Shown here piece by piece: positions 1 through 20,006 of a stretch of 64,000 nucleotides of DNA. The position numbers and the translations under genes are program-made. Positions within the stretch are counted from its first letter, which is position 1, and every line of letters begins with the position of its first letter. Below the pieces are notes generated by a model. That model worked only from the letters and a program-made list of their open reading frames with translations, ran no database searches and had not been told where the DNA came from. Origin of the DNA: the human T2T-CHM13v2.0 reference genome, Homo sapiens; NCBI RefSeq assembly GCF_009914755.1, contig NC_060934.1, one strand, 5' to 3'.

Positions 1-2127
<2,127 letters not shown>

Positions 2128-2884
2128 CTAATGTCATCACTAGTTAAGTCCTGATCTAATAAAATATTAATAATCTCTTCTGGATTTTGTTTTCTTTTTT
2201 TTTTTTTTTTGAGATGGATTCTTGCTCTGTCACCCAGGCTGTAGTGCAATGGCAAGATCTCAGCTCACTGCAACCTCTGCCTCCCGGGTTCAAGCGATTC
2301 TCCTGCCTTGGACTCACATAAATAGCTGGGATTATAAGCATGCACCACCACGCCCAGTTAATTTTTGCATTTTTAGTAGACATGGGGTTTTACTACCTTG
2401 GTCAGGCTGGTCTCAAACATCTGACCTCATGTGATCTGCCCCCCTTGGCCTCACAAACTGCTGGGATTACAGGCGTGAGCCACCACACCTAGCCTCTTCT
2501 GGATTTTTAATGGAGAATGGCATAAAGAAGCAACATCTCTGGCCTTCTCACAACGTCCTCATTTTTAAATTAATTATTTATTTTATTTATTTACTTATTT
2601 TAGAGACAAGTTCTCACTCTGTCACCCAGGCTGGATGCAATGGTGCAATTATAGCTAGCTGCTGCCTTGAACTCCTAGGCTCAAGGGATCCTCCCACCTC
2701 AGCCTCCTATAGTAGCTAGGAGTAGCTGGTACTACCTGGGACTACAGATACATACCACTACACCCACTTAATTTTGTTATTAGAGAGGGGAGTCTCGATA
2801 TGTTGCCCGAGATGGTCTCAAACTTCTGGCCGCAAGCAATCCATGCACCTCAGCCTCCCAGGGTAGCTGGGATTACAGGTGTGA

Positions 2885-3311
<427 letters not shown>

Positions 3312-3773
3312 TAGCCAGGAAGGTCTCGATCTCCTGACCTCGTGATCCGCCCACCTCGGCCTCCCAAAGTGCTGAGATTACAGGCATGAGCCACCACGCC
3401 CAGCCAAAAGAATCCTAATAGGATCCTAGCACCTACTTATTTTCTCTGTATAGCTGCTTGTACTGGCCTGGGCAATCTGTATTAATCTTCTGCACTCTGT
3501 TTCCAAGGCTTGCCAAAGTTAGGTATTTTAGTGGACTGAATTATTTATTCTTAGCCATGGCTTTGGAATCAGGCACCAGGGTTCAAATCACAGCTCCATC
3601 ACCTTCCAGCAGAGATCTCAAATTACTTCATCTGTTAAATGAGGATACTACCAGTGCCCTCACAGAATTCCTGTCAGAATTAGAACTCCTCTATATTTAG
3701 TGATACATTTAGAATGCTCCAGGCACATAATAGAAACCCAATATATGGTCTTTTTTTTTTTTCTTTTTTTTGA

Positions 3774-3935
<162 letters not shown>

Positions 3936-4176
3936 TAGAGATGAGGTTTTGCCATGTTGCCCAGGCTGGTCTTGAACTCCTGGGCTCAAGAGATCCACCC
4001 ACTCAGCCTCCCAAAGTGCTAGGATTACAGGCATGGGCCACTACACCCAGCCAGTAATTCTTTTTGTAAGTATTATTCTACTTTATGCGTACTACTTATG
4101 ACCAGAATTTCAGAAGGCAAGTACCCCTGCAGCATATCTAATTAATCTTCCTTGATAGTGTATTTTTTTTTTTTGA

Positions 4177-4391
<215 letters not shown>

Positions 4392-5024
4392 TGATCCACC
4401 CACCTCACCCTCCCAAAGTGCTGGGATTACAGGCGGGAGCCACCGCGCCCAGCCCCTGATAGGGTATATTTTACAATATAGGCTTGGACCAATCAGTTCT
4501 GAAGACCCAAAGAAATCCCCCACCCAATTACTAATAATTCCTCAGTTATCCCCTATAGTTGGAGAATGAGATAGTCCTAAGTAATTATTTCCTTCACCAA
4601 CAACTTGAGATGGAATATAATAATGTATCCTTTAAAAGTATCTGAATTATAGAATTCTAGGTCCAAAAGAAACTTCATGAGACATCTAGGATAAGATAGC
4701 CCTAAGTTAGAGCATAAGGAGAGCAAGTCTTTCTTTAAAATATTCAGAAAAGGAGCTTCCCCAGCCTTCCTCCCTCCTTTCAATTGTTTTACCTGGCTCA
4801 TGGCAACAACCTATAAGGACAACACAATAACAACCTATATTAATTAATACATGATTATAATCTCTACTCTGACAGCTTTCATTTTTGCCCTCAAACCCTC
4901 TTTCTCTCCCCTGTCCCACATCCCCCAAGGAACCTGAAGGTAGCAGGCAGAGGTAAGGGTATTTCTCATCTTGGACTAAGAAACTAAAGACTCAAGCTGT
5001 ACACAACAAGGCCGCAGGCCTTAC

Positions 5025-5126
5025 CATGAAGATCTCATCATACATCAGCACCACTTTTTCCTTCAGTGGTTTTTTGGAGGCTGAAGATTTCCGGAGCAAA
5101 CCTCCACGTTTCTCTACCTGTGCCAT
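5025..5126 (-). CDS. ARMH3: ARMH3 (C10orf76) first coding exon, [34 protein letters not shown]; whole exon 5025-5137; gene continues beyond the left edge of the window
   Basis: Acceptor TTTCTGTTCACAG ending at 5138, ACCATGG Kozak at 5126, donor GTAAGG after 5025; peptide matches the recalled ARMH3 N-terminus; adjacent to HPS6. Confidence 0.93.
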
Positions 5127-5164
5127 GGTTAGAGAATCTGTGAACAGAAAGTCACATTTTAGAA

Positions 5165-5460
5165 TAGTGAAAATACTCAGTATGATACTATAATGGCAGA
5201 TATATGTCATACATTTGTCCAAGCCCATAGAATATACAACACCAAGAGTGAATCCTAATGTAAACTGTGGACTTTGGGTGGTAACAATATATGAATGTAA
5301 GTTCATCATTTATAACAAATGCCACTCTAGTGGGGGATGTTGTCAATAGAGGAGGCAATGCATGTGTGAAGGAAGCAGACGTATGGGCTATCTCTGCCCT
5401 CTCCTTTCAATTTTGCTGTGAACCTAAAAACAGCTCTAAAAAAATTAAATCTTAGAAAAG
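5165..5460 (+). mobile_element. Old L1M (L1MC/MD-like) 3' UTR fragment
   Basis: ACATTTGTCCAAGCCCATAGAATATACAACACCAAGAGTGAATCCTAATGTAAAC... typical of L1M 3' ends, ending in an A-rich tail. Confidence 0.7.
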
Positions 5461-6087
5461 AAAAGAAAGCCAGTCAGTGCCAGAATGCTCTCCAAGGTGC
5501 TGGAGTCACTGACGTACCACTTAATGAGACAACGTTTAGGAAGAAGAACTGATAAACAACCATGCTACAGAGCTTGTGCATCTGTCCAACACTCCCCTCC
5601 CTGACTAGGTAATGTCAAGGTTTAAATCATTACTTGGCCAACAGCACAACACATTTTACATTCTTAAAATGTGCCAGTGGACAAGGCTTAAAGCAGATCC
5701 AAAACCAAACACAAAAGTGTAACTCGCTCCATCTGTAATAGGTCTGGCCATATATTTGAGGTTGATGGAAGGAAGGCAGCAAAGCACACACTGCCCACAG
5801 ACTGATGGTGAAGTTAAATTTCAAATATTGATCGAGCTTAGGACCATTAAGGCAGGAAGTGTGCTGCAGACTGATGTGCTTCATTGATTTCCCCAAAGTA
5901 AGTAGGTCCTCGTCACTGCAAAGTACTTGGCCTTTACTGCCTCATAAATCACACTGCACTTGACTGTCTTTAGAAATTCCTCTGGAAAGAGACCCAAGGC
6001 AGAAAATAGCAGCTAAGAGGCCAAAAAAATCCGATTTAAAATAACTGAATAGAGTAATATACTACTTTCAAATTTAATTGTGTGTAC

Positions 6088-6091
6088 ATAT

Positions 6092-6124
<33 letters not shown>

Positions 6125-6125
6125 G
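6088..6125. repeat. (TA)n microsatellite
   Basis: Directly visible. Confidence 0.9.
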
Positions 6126-7977
6126 TAGGTAAAACACTATTGCAGATCAAACTCCAAGGTATTTTTCAATTCTATATAAAAGTAGTTTCATGAATCATGG
6201 CCAAATGTTCCCATCTTGCTTCACGGAATTCTCGATTTTTTTTTTCAATTGAGAACCCGAAATCCCACAGGTCTTTACTGCGAATTTACACATATTCCCT
6301 TCACCTCCCAGGTTCTTTTCATTATTAACAAATTTCCTCTCTTTCCTTTAAATCCTACGCTCTAGATATGAAACTTAATCTCATCCAATGACAAGTATGT
6401 GAGATAGGGAGAGGCCAGATTTTACTTCCAGACAAAACCGACACAGCAGAACTAATTTTGATCAGTGACTTTTGGAAAATGTGCACTATCTTTCTGATCA
6501 AAATCAAAATTTTGTTTAAGGAAGAGATGTATCCAATAGTACAAAAGATTGTATCTTAGACATTGTCCTTCTCTAACACATATAGCAAAGAGAGGAGATT
6601 CATCTTTGAGCATACACTAAAGCACAGGAAATTTCTCCAACTAGGTATTTTTATTTTATTTTTAGACTTTTTTTTTTTTTGATATGGAGTCTCACCCTGT
6701 CACCCAGGCTGGAGTACAATGGCGTGATCTCAGCTTACTGAAACCTGTCTCCCAGGTTCAAGTGATTCTCCTGCCTCAGCCTCCCAAGTAGCTGGGATTA
6801 CAGGTGTGTACCACCATGCCTGGCTAATTTTTTGTATCTTTAGTAGAGACGGGGTTTCACTATGTTGGCCAGGCTGCTCTCAAACTCCTGACCTCATGAT
6901 CCGCCTGCCTCGGCCTCCCAAAGTGCTGGGATTACAGGCATGAGCCACTGTCCCCAGCCTGACCTAAAATTTTACTAAGACATATCTCTACTGAGGCTTA
7001 ATTTAGCCCTCAAATTCTGTTATGGTCCAGAGAAAACTGATGAAAAAAATAATAACAATAACGAAAAGAGAAGACTCTTTGGGACAATTTACATTGTATT
7101 GATCATGGCTTTTCCTTAAAGCATGAAATACAGCCTCCATTCAACATGTCTTTTAAACATGTTGTCAAGAGGAAGATGTCTTTATCCAGGAAAAATAAAT
7201 TGGAAATCAAGAGAATCCTATTAGAATAAATCAAAAGCAATGCAATTCTAAACTTAGTGGATATGGATCTTGCCTGTGCTCAGCTTCAACCAGTTGATTA
7301 GCAGGAAGAGTGGGAACCACAAGTTCTTAGACGTGATAAGTACATGTTTACAAATATCCCCTTCTGAGGATTTATAATTGGGTTACAGCTAATCAATGTC
7401 CACCCCAAATCTAATAAATTCACTTTCTCTATTTCAGAATCAATACTTTCTAATAAGCAAAGGGAATAGGAGAGGAGGGAAAAACAATTCCAATCCAAAC
7501 TACCAAATTTCCTAAGAAATTAAATTCTTTTCATCATTTTACTCCTTCCATGTGGAGCAGCAGGAAAATCAGCCAAGGCCTCAACTCACTACTCTCTGTC
7601 ATCACAGGCAACTGAAATTTACCACCCAAGCTGCCTGAAATGTGACTGGAAAATGACAACATAAAGTCTTCTCCTCCTGCCAGCACTCCTACCCAGGGAG
7701 TTTCTAAGGTGGCAGACTGGGAGAACTACAGAACTCTAACAAAACTTTTTCCTTGGGTCTCAGAAATTAAGCCTATGCTCCTAATTTTGAAAGTAAAATA
7801 TCGGCCGGGTGCAGTGGCTCACGCCTGTAATCGCAGCACTTTGGGAGGCCAAGGTGGGCGGATCACCTGAGGTTGGGAGTTCGAGATCAGCCTGACCAAC
7901 ATGCAGAAACCCCGTCTCTACTAAAAATACAAAATTAGCCAGGCATGATGGCTCATGCCTGTAATCCCAGCCACTCA

Positions 7978-8181
<204 letters not shown>

Positions 8182-10214
8182 TCACAACCATCCCCCTCCT
8201 TCCCAGAGGAGAGAACCACCATCAGCTGAGAAATTGCAAGGCATAATGGAACAAGCAACCAGCAGAACTGAGATTAGAACACAGGTCTCCCAACCAACTC
8301 GGTGACATGGACAAGTTACTGTGCTTCTCAGTTTCCTCACAAGTAAAACAAGAGGATTGAACCAGACTATTATCTAATGATTCTCTCAGCATCACTGAAA
8401 TACCACAAATATATAAAAAGCACCTAAAGCCCTAGTTTAGGCACTATAGGATTAAAGAGAGGAAACTCCAGACTTGATTCTCTGGGAGCTCATAATCTAC
8501 TGGCACAGACAGACACATAACAACCCATAGTGCAAAGCAAATCATGAGAAATAAATGGAGTAGAAGTACAAAGAAAATGCTATGGGATAATAAAGGAGAG
8601 AAAGAAACATTCTGTGACTATGCTATGACCCCTGTTGATCCAAGCTTTTAAATCCTTCTGGCAAAGAAGCAAATACAGCAAAGGCACAGTAATCCCACAG
8701 AAATGTCAGTTTAGGCTTTAAGGCAGTGTCTCAGACATAAGACATAGACAAATTATAAAAAAGAATCAGGCAACTTTTCAATACTAATTTCACCTACTAT
8801 CAAACTTACAAATGGTTTCAAATCCCCTCAACTGAATGGTAAATCAATGAAGGCTTTTATTCCTAAACCTGAAAGACTGTTAGTCACGTGAGCTGCTGTC
8901 ACTTCTCTCTGGAAGATACAAGTTATACAACTTTTTTTTGTTTTTTGAGACAGAGTCTCACTCTGTCACCCAGGCTGGAGTGCAGTGGTGCAATCTCGGC
9001 TCACTGCAACCTCCGCCTCCTGGGTTTAAGTAATTCTTGTGCCTCAGCCTTGTGAGTAGCTGGGACTACAGATGTGTGCCACCACACCCAGCTAATTTTT
9101 TTCTTTTTTTTTTTTTTTTTTTGGAGACGGAGTCTCGCTCTGTCGCCCAGGCTGGAGTGCAGCAGCGCCATCTCAGCTCACTGCAAGCTCCGCCTCCTGG
9201 GTTCACGCCATTCTCCTGCCTCAGCCTCCCCAGTAGCTGAGACACCTGGCTAATTTTGTTGTATTTTTAGTAGAGACGGAGTTTCACCATGTTAGCCAGG
9301 ATGGTCTCGATCTCCTGACCTCGTGATCCACCCGCCTTGGCCTCCCAAAGTGCTGGGATTACAGGCATGAGCCACCATGCCCGGCCTTTTTTTTTTTTTT
9401 TGAGACAGAGTCTGGCTCTGTTGTCCAGGCTGGATGCAGTGACATGATCTCAGCTTACTGCAACCTCCACCTCCTGGGCTCAAGCCATCCTCTCGCTTCA
9501 GCCTCCCAAGTAGCTAGAACTATAGGTGCGCGCCACCACACCCAGCTAATTTTTTGTATTTTTTATAGAAACAGGATTTTGCCATGTTGCCCTGGCTGGT
9601 CTCAAACTCAAGCAATCCACCTGCCTCAGCCTCCCAAAGTGCTAGAATTGCAGGCGTGAGCCACTGCACCCAGCCTTAGGTTCACATTTGTAATGGACTG
9701 TCACCAAGTATCACCCTCTCTTCACATTGAGGCAAACAAAAACAATGTTATAGCTAGATGCTAAGGTAAACATCCTAAAATACTTCAACCAGTATAGAAG
9801 GAAAAGAAGAGAAGAAAAGAAAAAAGGAAGGGGAAAGAAGGAAAATGAATAAAAGTAAATGTGCACACCAGGCGTGGTGGCTCACACCTGTAATCCCAGC
9901 ACTTTAGGAAGCCGAGGCGGGCAGATCACATGAGCTCAGGAGTTCGAGAACAGCCTGGGCAACATGGCAAAACCCCGTCTCTACTAAAAATATGAAAATT
10001 AGACAGGCGTGATGGCGGGAGCCTGTAATCCCAGATACTCGGGACGCTGAAACAGGAGGATGTCTTGAGCCCAGGAGGCAAAGGTTGCAGTGAGCTAACA
10101 TCACTGCATCCAGCCTGAGCAACAGAGCCAGCCCTTGTCTCAAAAAAAAAAAAAAAAAAAAGAGCGAAACAAAAGTAAATAGTTTAGGGGGAAAAATATG
10201 TACAGATCCGACAT

Positions 10215-10600
10215 TTATTCACTCATTCATTCGACAAATTTTTTTTGAGTACCTTTTGGGCACAAGCACTGGGAACACAGCAGTAAACATGACAGAAAAG
10301 ATCCCTGCTCTCACAGAATTTTCATTCCAGTAGAAGGGAAACAGACAACAAATAAGATAAACTGAGACAGTGATAAGGGCCCTGAAGACAAATTGCAAAG
10401 GGGACTACTCTCAACTGAGAGATTAAAGTAGGCCTCTTTGAGGAAATGGCACTTGGGCTAAGATCTGGAATAACAGGAAGAAACCAGGCAAGTAAAAATC
10501 TTGAGAAAATTGTTCGAGATGGAATGTCAAGTGCAAAGACCTCAAGATTTGAATGCACTTGGCGTGTTCAGGAAACAGAAATGCCACCGTGCCTAAACAG
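10215..10600 (-). mobile_element. L2 3' fragment
   Basis: TTCACTCATTCATTCGACAAAT...GAGTACC...GCACTGGGAACACAGCAGTAAAC, the reverse-complement L2 3' end signature. Confidence 0.7.
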
Positions 10601-11262
10601 AGCATAAACATTCCTTTTCTGAAATGTTTTTGTAAAGTTTATTAAAGTGGGTCTTTTGTGTTTGTGAATTTTTTTAATATATAAGAAGAATCCAAATATC
10701 CATCAGCAGTAAATGGGACAATTATGATACAGTCATACAATAGAATACCACATAGAAATTTACAAGAGCCTATTACTGATACATGAAGCAATGTGAGTAA
10801 GTTACATAGAAAATATTGAATGAGGGCCAGGCGCGGTGGCTCACACCTGTAATCCCAGCACTTTGGGAGGCCGAGGTAGGTGGATCACTTGAGGTTGGGA
10901 GTTCGAGACCAGCCTAACCAACATGGAGAAACCCCATCTCTACTAAAAATACAAAAATTAGACGGGCATGGTGGCGCATTCCTGTAATCCCAGCTACTCA
11001 GGAGGCTGAGGCAGGAGAATCGCTTGAAGTCAGGTGGAGGAGGTTACAGTGAGACGAGAACGCACCATTGCACTCCAGCCTGGGCAACAACAGTTAAACT
11101 CCATTTCAAAAAAAATAAAAATAAAATAACAACCAGAGTCTATTTAGCTCTTATTATGTACCAGGCACTGTTCTAAGCACTTTATATATATTAATTCATT
11201 TTATCCTCATATCAACCCTATGATCCAGAAAGTTTACAATGAGAAAACTAAAGCATGAACTG

Positions 11263-11381
11263 GAAAAGAAAGAGAGAAAAAGAGAGAAAGAGAGGGAGAG
11301 AGAGAAAGAAAGAGAGAAAGAGAGAAAAGAGAGAGAAAGAGAAAAGAGAAAAAGAAAAAAAAAAGAAAAAGAAAAGAAAAG
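11263..11381. repeat. Purine-rich (GA/GAAA)n simple repeat
   Basis: Directly visible; explains the K/E/R-rich spurious ORFs. Confidence 0.9.
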
Positions 11382-11503
11382 ATGGGCCAGACTGGTGGCT
11401 CATGCCTGTAATCCCAGCACTTTGGAGGCCGAGGCGGGCAGATCACCTGAGGTCAGGAGTTTGAGACCAGCCTGACCAACATGGAGAAACCCCATCTCTA
11501 CTA

Positions 11504-11761
<258 letters not shown>

Positions 11762-12454
11762 CTATGCTATACTGTATCTCAAAAGGCAGAGGAATGAGCA
11801 GGAGCAGAGTCATCTATACATAAACAAAGCTGAGGGCCTACAGAGAAACTGTGAAGAGGTTCTAGGTGAGTAAGGGGGAGTATGTACTCATGGGCTTTAA
11901 TGAACAAACTGTGAAATGTCTAGATATCTTGAGTAGCCACCACTCTAGTTTGTCAGTGGATGAAGGTGCCATGGTAGAAAGTAAAAGATAATTGTCTGAT
12001 GTAGATACATCTGTCTGTAAATGTAGGTAATAGTAAAGTGAAACAGACAGAAATAGACAAATTCACAGGAATGGCAGAAAACTTGGAGGGAAAAACAGGA
12101 GAAGAATCTGAGTGTCTAGTCAAGTTGATAGATGTATCCAACATGGTAATTTTTTTAAGGATAAAACACCCTAATGTCCACTACAGGATTTAATTGATTT
12201 TTTTTTAAACTCTCCCACTATCTTTGAGGATTTTTAATTTTTTTTCACTATTTTAATTGAGTATAGTCAGTGTTCTGAGGATAATTCTCCCTCAACTTTA
12301 TAATGAATAGAAAGATACTATAAAACAGGACAGAAAAAAGAAATGGAAAACAAGTCAACTAAGAGTCTGTACAATCCTCAGCTTAGGAGGGAGTATGTTT
12401 TAATACTGATGAGCTGTGATCCCCTATTTCAGAATCTCCTGGGGTGCCTCCTAA

Positions 12455-12727
<273 letters not shown>

Positions 12728-12830
12728 TGAGCTCAAGTGATCTGCCCACTTGGCCTCCCAAAGTGCTGGGATTACAGGCATAAGCCACAGTGCCTAGCTT
12801 GGGTCTACATTTTTAACAATCACTCCAGAT

Positions 12831-13050
12831 CAGTGATTCTCAACTGGTGCAATTTTGCCTCCCAGGGGACATTTGTCAATGTCTGGAGACATTTTTGATT
12901 GTCACAACTGGGAGAGGAGGTACTACTGGCACCTACTAGGTAGAGGCCAGGGATGCTGTTAAACATCATACAATACTCGAGGCAGCCTCCCACAACAAAG
13001 AATTATCCAGCCCAACATGTCAATATCAAAGAGGTTAAAAAGCCCTGCCC
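12831..13050. mobile_element. MER20 (hAT DNA transposon), apparently within an older MER5-like element
   Basis: CAGTGATTCTCAAC...CCCAGGGGACATTTGTCAATGTCTGGAGACATTTTTGATTGTCACAACTGGG...GTAGAGGCCAGGGATGCTG matches the recalled MER20 consensus. Confidence 0.8.
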
Positions 13051-13345
13051 CAAGTAATTCTGATGACCATTAAAGTTTGAGAAGTACTCATCCCAGCCTT
13101 AAACCAGACTTGGAAAAGGAAGGAGTATCTAGACAGATGATACTGAGAGAATAAATGAAACCTCTGCAGTCTCTAAAAAGGGCGTTGAAGCAACACTCAC
13201 CTTATCACATATCATTCTCCCCACATTAAATCACACTTCCTTTGGGACTGTAGCCCATTTCCCCATATGTGAAAGAAGATCACTACAAGACACACTGACT
13301 ATAGTATCCACAATACTTAGTGATGGAGATGAAAATCTTATGTAG

Positions 13346-13703
<358 letters not shown>

Positions 13704-14334
13704 TGAGATTACAGGCATGAGCCACCGCACCCAGCTGAGACAACATGTTTATATCAAGCCAGCAATAGTCCCCTACCCTGACTTTCCAGTAAGTCTCCTG
13801 TCCTGATCTCCTAAAAATTCCCTAGTTTCTCTAGATACAGGGTTTTTTAAAAAACCTTTACGCAAAAGTTACCTGCTCCCTAAGCCTCTCTGCAGGACCT
13901 AACATACTACCTGGAGGTAAACATTAGCACTATAAGAACTTAAGGAGAATGCAGTTTTTCTATCTCCAAGCCCCAGCCCTTCAAGCTATCTCCTAATATG
14001 CCTCTCACTTTCTTTTTTTTTTTCCTTTGTGAAGAATGTGGGCATCATTCTTTCTTCTTTTCTAAAAGCCCCAGGTATTTAGCTCACTTGCTAGATCACA
14101 TCCTACTGTTCCACATGGTTCCTTAGCACAGCTTCTTTCAGTAGCATGGGACAGGTTCCCCCACTTCCATCCAAAAGACTGGCTCTAAGACAAGCAAATA
14201 ACCCCTTTCTATTTTAATGAATTTCTACTGCTAGTTCACTCCAAGGATTCTATAGATCCAAAATGAAAATAGGGCTGGCACGGTGGCTCACGCCTGTAAT
14301 CCCAGTACTTTGGGAGGCTGAGGCGGGCGGATCA

Positions 14335-14622
<288 letters not shown>

Positions 14623-15016
14623 TCAAGGCTGAAGTGCAGTGGCACAATCATGGCTCACTGCAGCCTCAGGGATCCTCTGACCTCAGCCTCCTGGGTAGCT
14701 GGGACTACAGGCACATGCCACCAGGCCTGGCTAACTTTTCATATTTTTTGTAGAGATTGAGTTTCACCATGTTGCCCAGGTTGGTCTCAAACTCCTGGGC
14801 TCAAGCAATCCTCCCACCTAGGCCCCCCAAAGTGCTAGAATTACAGGCATGAGCCACTGCACCCGGCCCCAACCTATTTTTACAATGAGGATATTACTTT
14901 GCCCAAAGTAACACAACTAGTAAGTGATAAAGCCATTAAATCTTTCTCTCTGGTAGCGCTTCTCCCTATCAGAATGTCCTGTTAGTGCAAAACATCAGGA
15001 GCTAACTAGACCATTA

Positions 15017-15232
<216 letters not shown>

Positions 15233-15723
15233 TCACAAGGTCAGGAGATTGAGACCATCCTGGCTAACACGGTGAAACCCCGTCTCTACTAAAAATACAA
15301 AAAAACAAAAATTAGCCAGGCGTGGTGGTGGGCACCTGTAGTCCCAGCTACTCGGGAGGCTGAGGCAAGAGAATGGCTGAACCCGAGAGGTGGAGCTTGC
15401 AGTAAGCCGAGATCGCGCCACTGCACTCCAGCCCCAGCCTGGGCAACAGAGCAAGACTCTGTCTCAAATAAATAAATAAATACATACATACATAAATAAA
15501 TAAAAAGATTCAGTTAAAGTTACACTTCTATAGAAACTCCAAACTGACATCCATAATATCAACACTCCCATTTTATCCAAGAAAAGTCACCAAATGTGGT
15601 GGCTCAAGTCGGTAATCCCAACACTCTTGGAGGCCGAGGCAGGTGGATCACTTGAGGTCGGGAGTTCGAAACCAGCCTGGCCAACATGGTAAAACCCCAT
15701 CTCTACTAAATATACAAAAATTA

Positions 15724-15943
<220 letters not shown>

Positions 15944-17193
15944 TCACTTAAGAGTAAGAATTCAAGGCTGTCCTGGCCAACATGGTGAAACCCTGCCTCT
16001 ACTAAAAATATAAAAATTAGCTGGGCATGGTGGCAAGCACCTGTAATCCCAGCTATTCAAGAGGCTGAGGCAGGAGAATCACTTGAACCCGGGAGAGGGA
16101 GGTTGCAGTGAGCAAAGATTGTGCCACTTGTACTCCACCCTGCTGGGCGACAGAGCAAGACTCTGTCTCAAAAAAAAAAAAAAAAAGAAAGAAAGAAAAG
16201 TCAAGTGGGCGCAGTGGCTCATGCCTGTAATATCAGCACTTTGGGAGGCCAAGGCCGGCGGATCATCTGAGGTCAAGAGTTCGAGACCAGCCTGGCCAAC
16301 ACTGTGAAACACCATCTCTACTAAAAATACAAAAAGTAGCTGGGTGTGGTGGAGGGGGTCTGTAATCCCAGCTACTCAGGAGGCTGAGGCAGGAGAATCA
16401 CTTGAACCCAAGAGGCGGAAGTTGCAGTGAGCCAAGACTGGGCCACTGCACTACAGCCTGGGCAACAGAGGGAGACTCCATTTCGGAAAAAAAAAAAAAA
16501 GAAAAAGAAAAAGAAAGAAGTCAGTCAACTCAGGACATCACCTGACAAGCATCATCTCTATTTTCTAGAAGCTAGGACAGAACCAGACTGATTAAGGAAG
16601 CACACAAACCACTACAAGGCAGGGTCCATAGCTTGTGTGCTCTAGACAATGCTCCCCTCAGAATGGGTGTTCAGCCTATACCTGAAAATGGAAGTAACTC
16701 AGAGACTTTCCCAAGACTAAGAAGCAAATGGCAAAACCAGGACTATTCCCAGGTATCAGCCAGTCTGTACCTACTACAGGTCAACTAGCTTCACAAAAGA
16801 CAATTTAATCTGGTCCCATCAGCATCTACTCAGTTTGCCTAATGTTACAAATGATCAATGAAGATGAGCTCTCGTTCATTTAAATAAACATGACCACCTT
16901 TGGTTCCCTTTCAAATTATCCTACACAAGAAGGAAGGCATTCCTCCTTCCGAAGGGGGAACCAGCTCCAAATTGACAGTATTTCAGGAAATTCTGATTAG
17001 AAACCACATTTTCTGACACATCCCAGAATGAAAATTCATGGTAAGATCTTCTCAATGAGCAGGAGATTCCTGTAAATTAATACTTTCTCCTGCTCCAGCC
17101 CTGAACTTATTCAAACGGCACACTGTCACTCATATCTTCTCATTTCTTCCCCTGCTCAATTATACAAGCCTCATGAACACCACCTAAATATAA

Positions 17194-17530
<337 letters not shown>

Positions 17531-18226
17531 TGACCCCATAATCTTCATAAAGGAAGCCCAAAAGGTACCTGCAATCTTGCAAAGTAAACTGATTTCCTGC
17601 TACTTGAATAACACTTATTAAGACCTTATAAATTACATAAGCATAGTGTAAGACAGAAAGGGACCAAAAAATTACTAAATTACAGTCCCTGCCTTGAGAA
17701 GCTCACTATTAAGTGGAGGAAGTGCATAATCTGCTACTTCCTTATAGACAAATAAAATAAACATTTTTTTTTCCCCAAGACTTTTTTCATATATGCCCTC
17801 ACTCAAAGCTGGTGCCAATACATTAAGCTCACCAGGTCTCTCACTTCCAGCTGCCTACTAAGGTCTCCATCGGTACATCCTACAAGCAACCTGAGCTCGG
17901 CATACCAAACCATATCCCCTATGCCTCTTTCCATACCCTAACCTTTGGAAACCTGCTCTACTTTTTCTAATCCATATCCTGTCAATGAAATCCCCATACA
18001 TCCACTCTCTCAAATTAGAAATCCTAGCCCACTCTCTTCCTAAGAAGTTGAATCAATCTCAGAAGTACAGTATTTCCAAAATCCCCTCCTCTTCATTCCC
18101 ACAGCTACACTTTCTTCAGACTCTCAGTCAATTGCAACAACTCTAATTAGTCTCACTGCCTCATTCTTCATTACTTTAATCTGCATTTCTGTCACTCCCT
18201 AACTTAAAAAAAACTCCTCAGAAGCT

Positions 18227-18261
<35 letters not shown>

Positions 18262-19139
18262 TTCCAATGACTCCCCACTTTCTTTTCAGTCTCACCTCCT
18301 AGCAGTTTCCCCACCACACATCCTGTTTGGGACAAATTTCTGAGATTTAAAATAATTTTTTTTCCTCTCACATCCTCACCAAGCCTTTGCAAGTACTGTT
18401 CTCTCCAAATGAAATGCCTTTTCTTTTTCAGAGATGGGGTCTCGCCATGTTGAGCCAGCTCGTCTCAAACTCCTGGGCTCAGGCAATCTACCTGCCTAGG
18501 CCTCCCAAAGTGCTAGGATTACAGGTATAAGCCACCAGGCCGAGTAAAAATGCCTTTTCTTACTTGTGCAATCTCCTACTCATCCTTCAACACCCAACTC
18601 AAGTATCTCCCCCCTGCAAAGATTTCCCTGACTCTCCCAAGCAATGGCAGTATTCCCATTACACTGTATAAATTTTTTTTTTTTTTTTTGAGAGGGAGTC
18701 TCGCTCTGTCGCCCAGGCTGGAGTGCAGTGGCACCATCCCGGCTCACTGCAAGCTCCGCCTCCTGGGTTCATGCCATTCTCCTGCCTCAGCCTCCTAGTA
18801 GCTGGCACTACAGGCGCCCGCCACCACACCCGGCTAATTTTTTGTATTTTTAGTAGAGACGGGGTTTCACCATGTTAGCCAGGATGGTCTTGATCTCCTG
18901 ACCTTGTGATCCGCCGGCCTCCGCCTCCCAAAGTTACATAGTAAGTGCTCAATAAATGTGTTGAATAAACAGTTCACCCTTATATATCCTGGATCAATTT
19001 TTGGCCATTTTCCCCAAATGTTACAGATTCCTAAACTGTGCTCAGTGTGAGATTCCAAATTTCATAATGACTGCTTTGAGGTTTTCACCTTGTTTTAATT
19101 ATCCAAATGTTGAACAAGTCGGCTGGGGGCAGTGACTCA

Positions 19140-19439
<300 letters not shown>

Positions 19440-19664
19440 CTAAAAGTCCAATGAAAACACCTTAAAGGCTTCTCTAGTCACTGAAATGGGTATTCCCCCT
19501 TTACAGTCGTAACAAGAGGGATCCCTCTTTCCCTTGACTGTGATCTGATATCCTGAAAGTCTTCACACAGAAGCTATTGTGCACACAAATCCAACTTAAG
19601 GTACACCCAAAATAATTCCAATCCTGCTAAGTTACGGGCAGGGACACAAATCATATTTACCCTA

Positions 19665-20006
<342 letters not shown>

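Noticed and set aside
11234-11475. K/E/R-rich and F/L/S-rich ORFs
   Set aside because: Translation of a GA-rich simple repeat running into an Alu.
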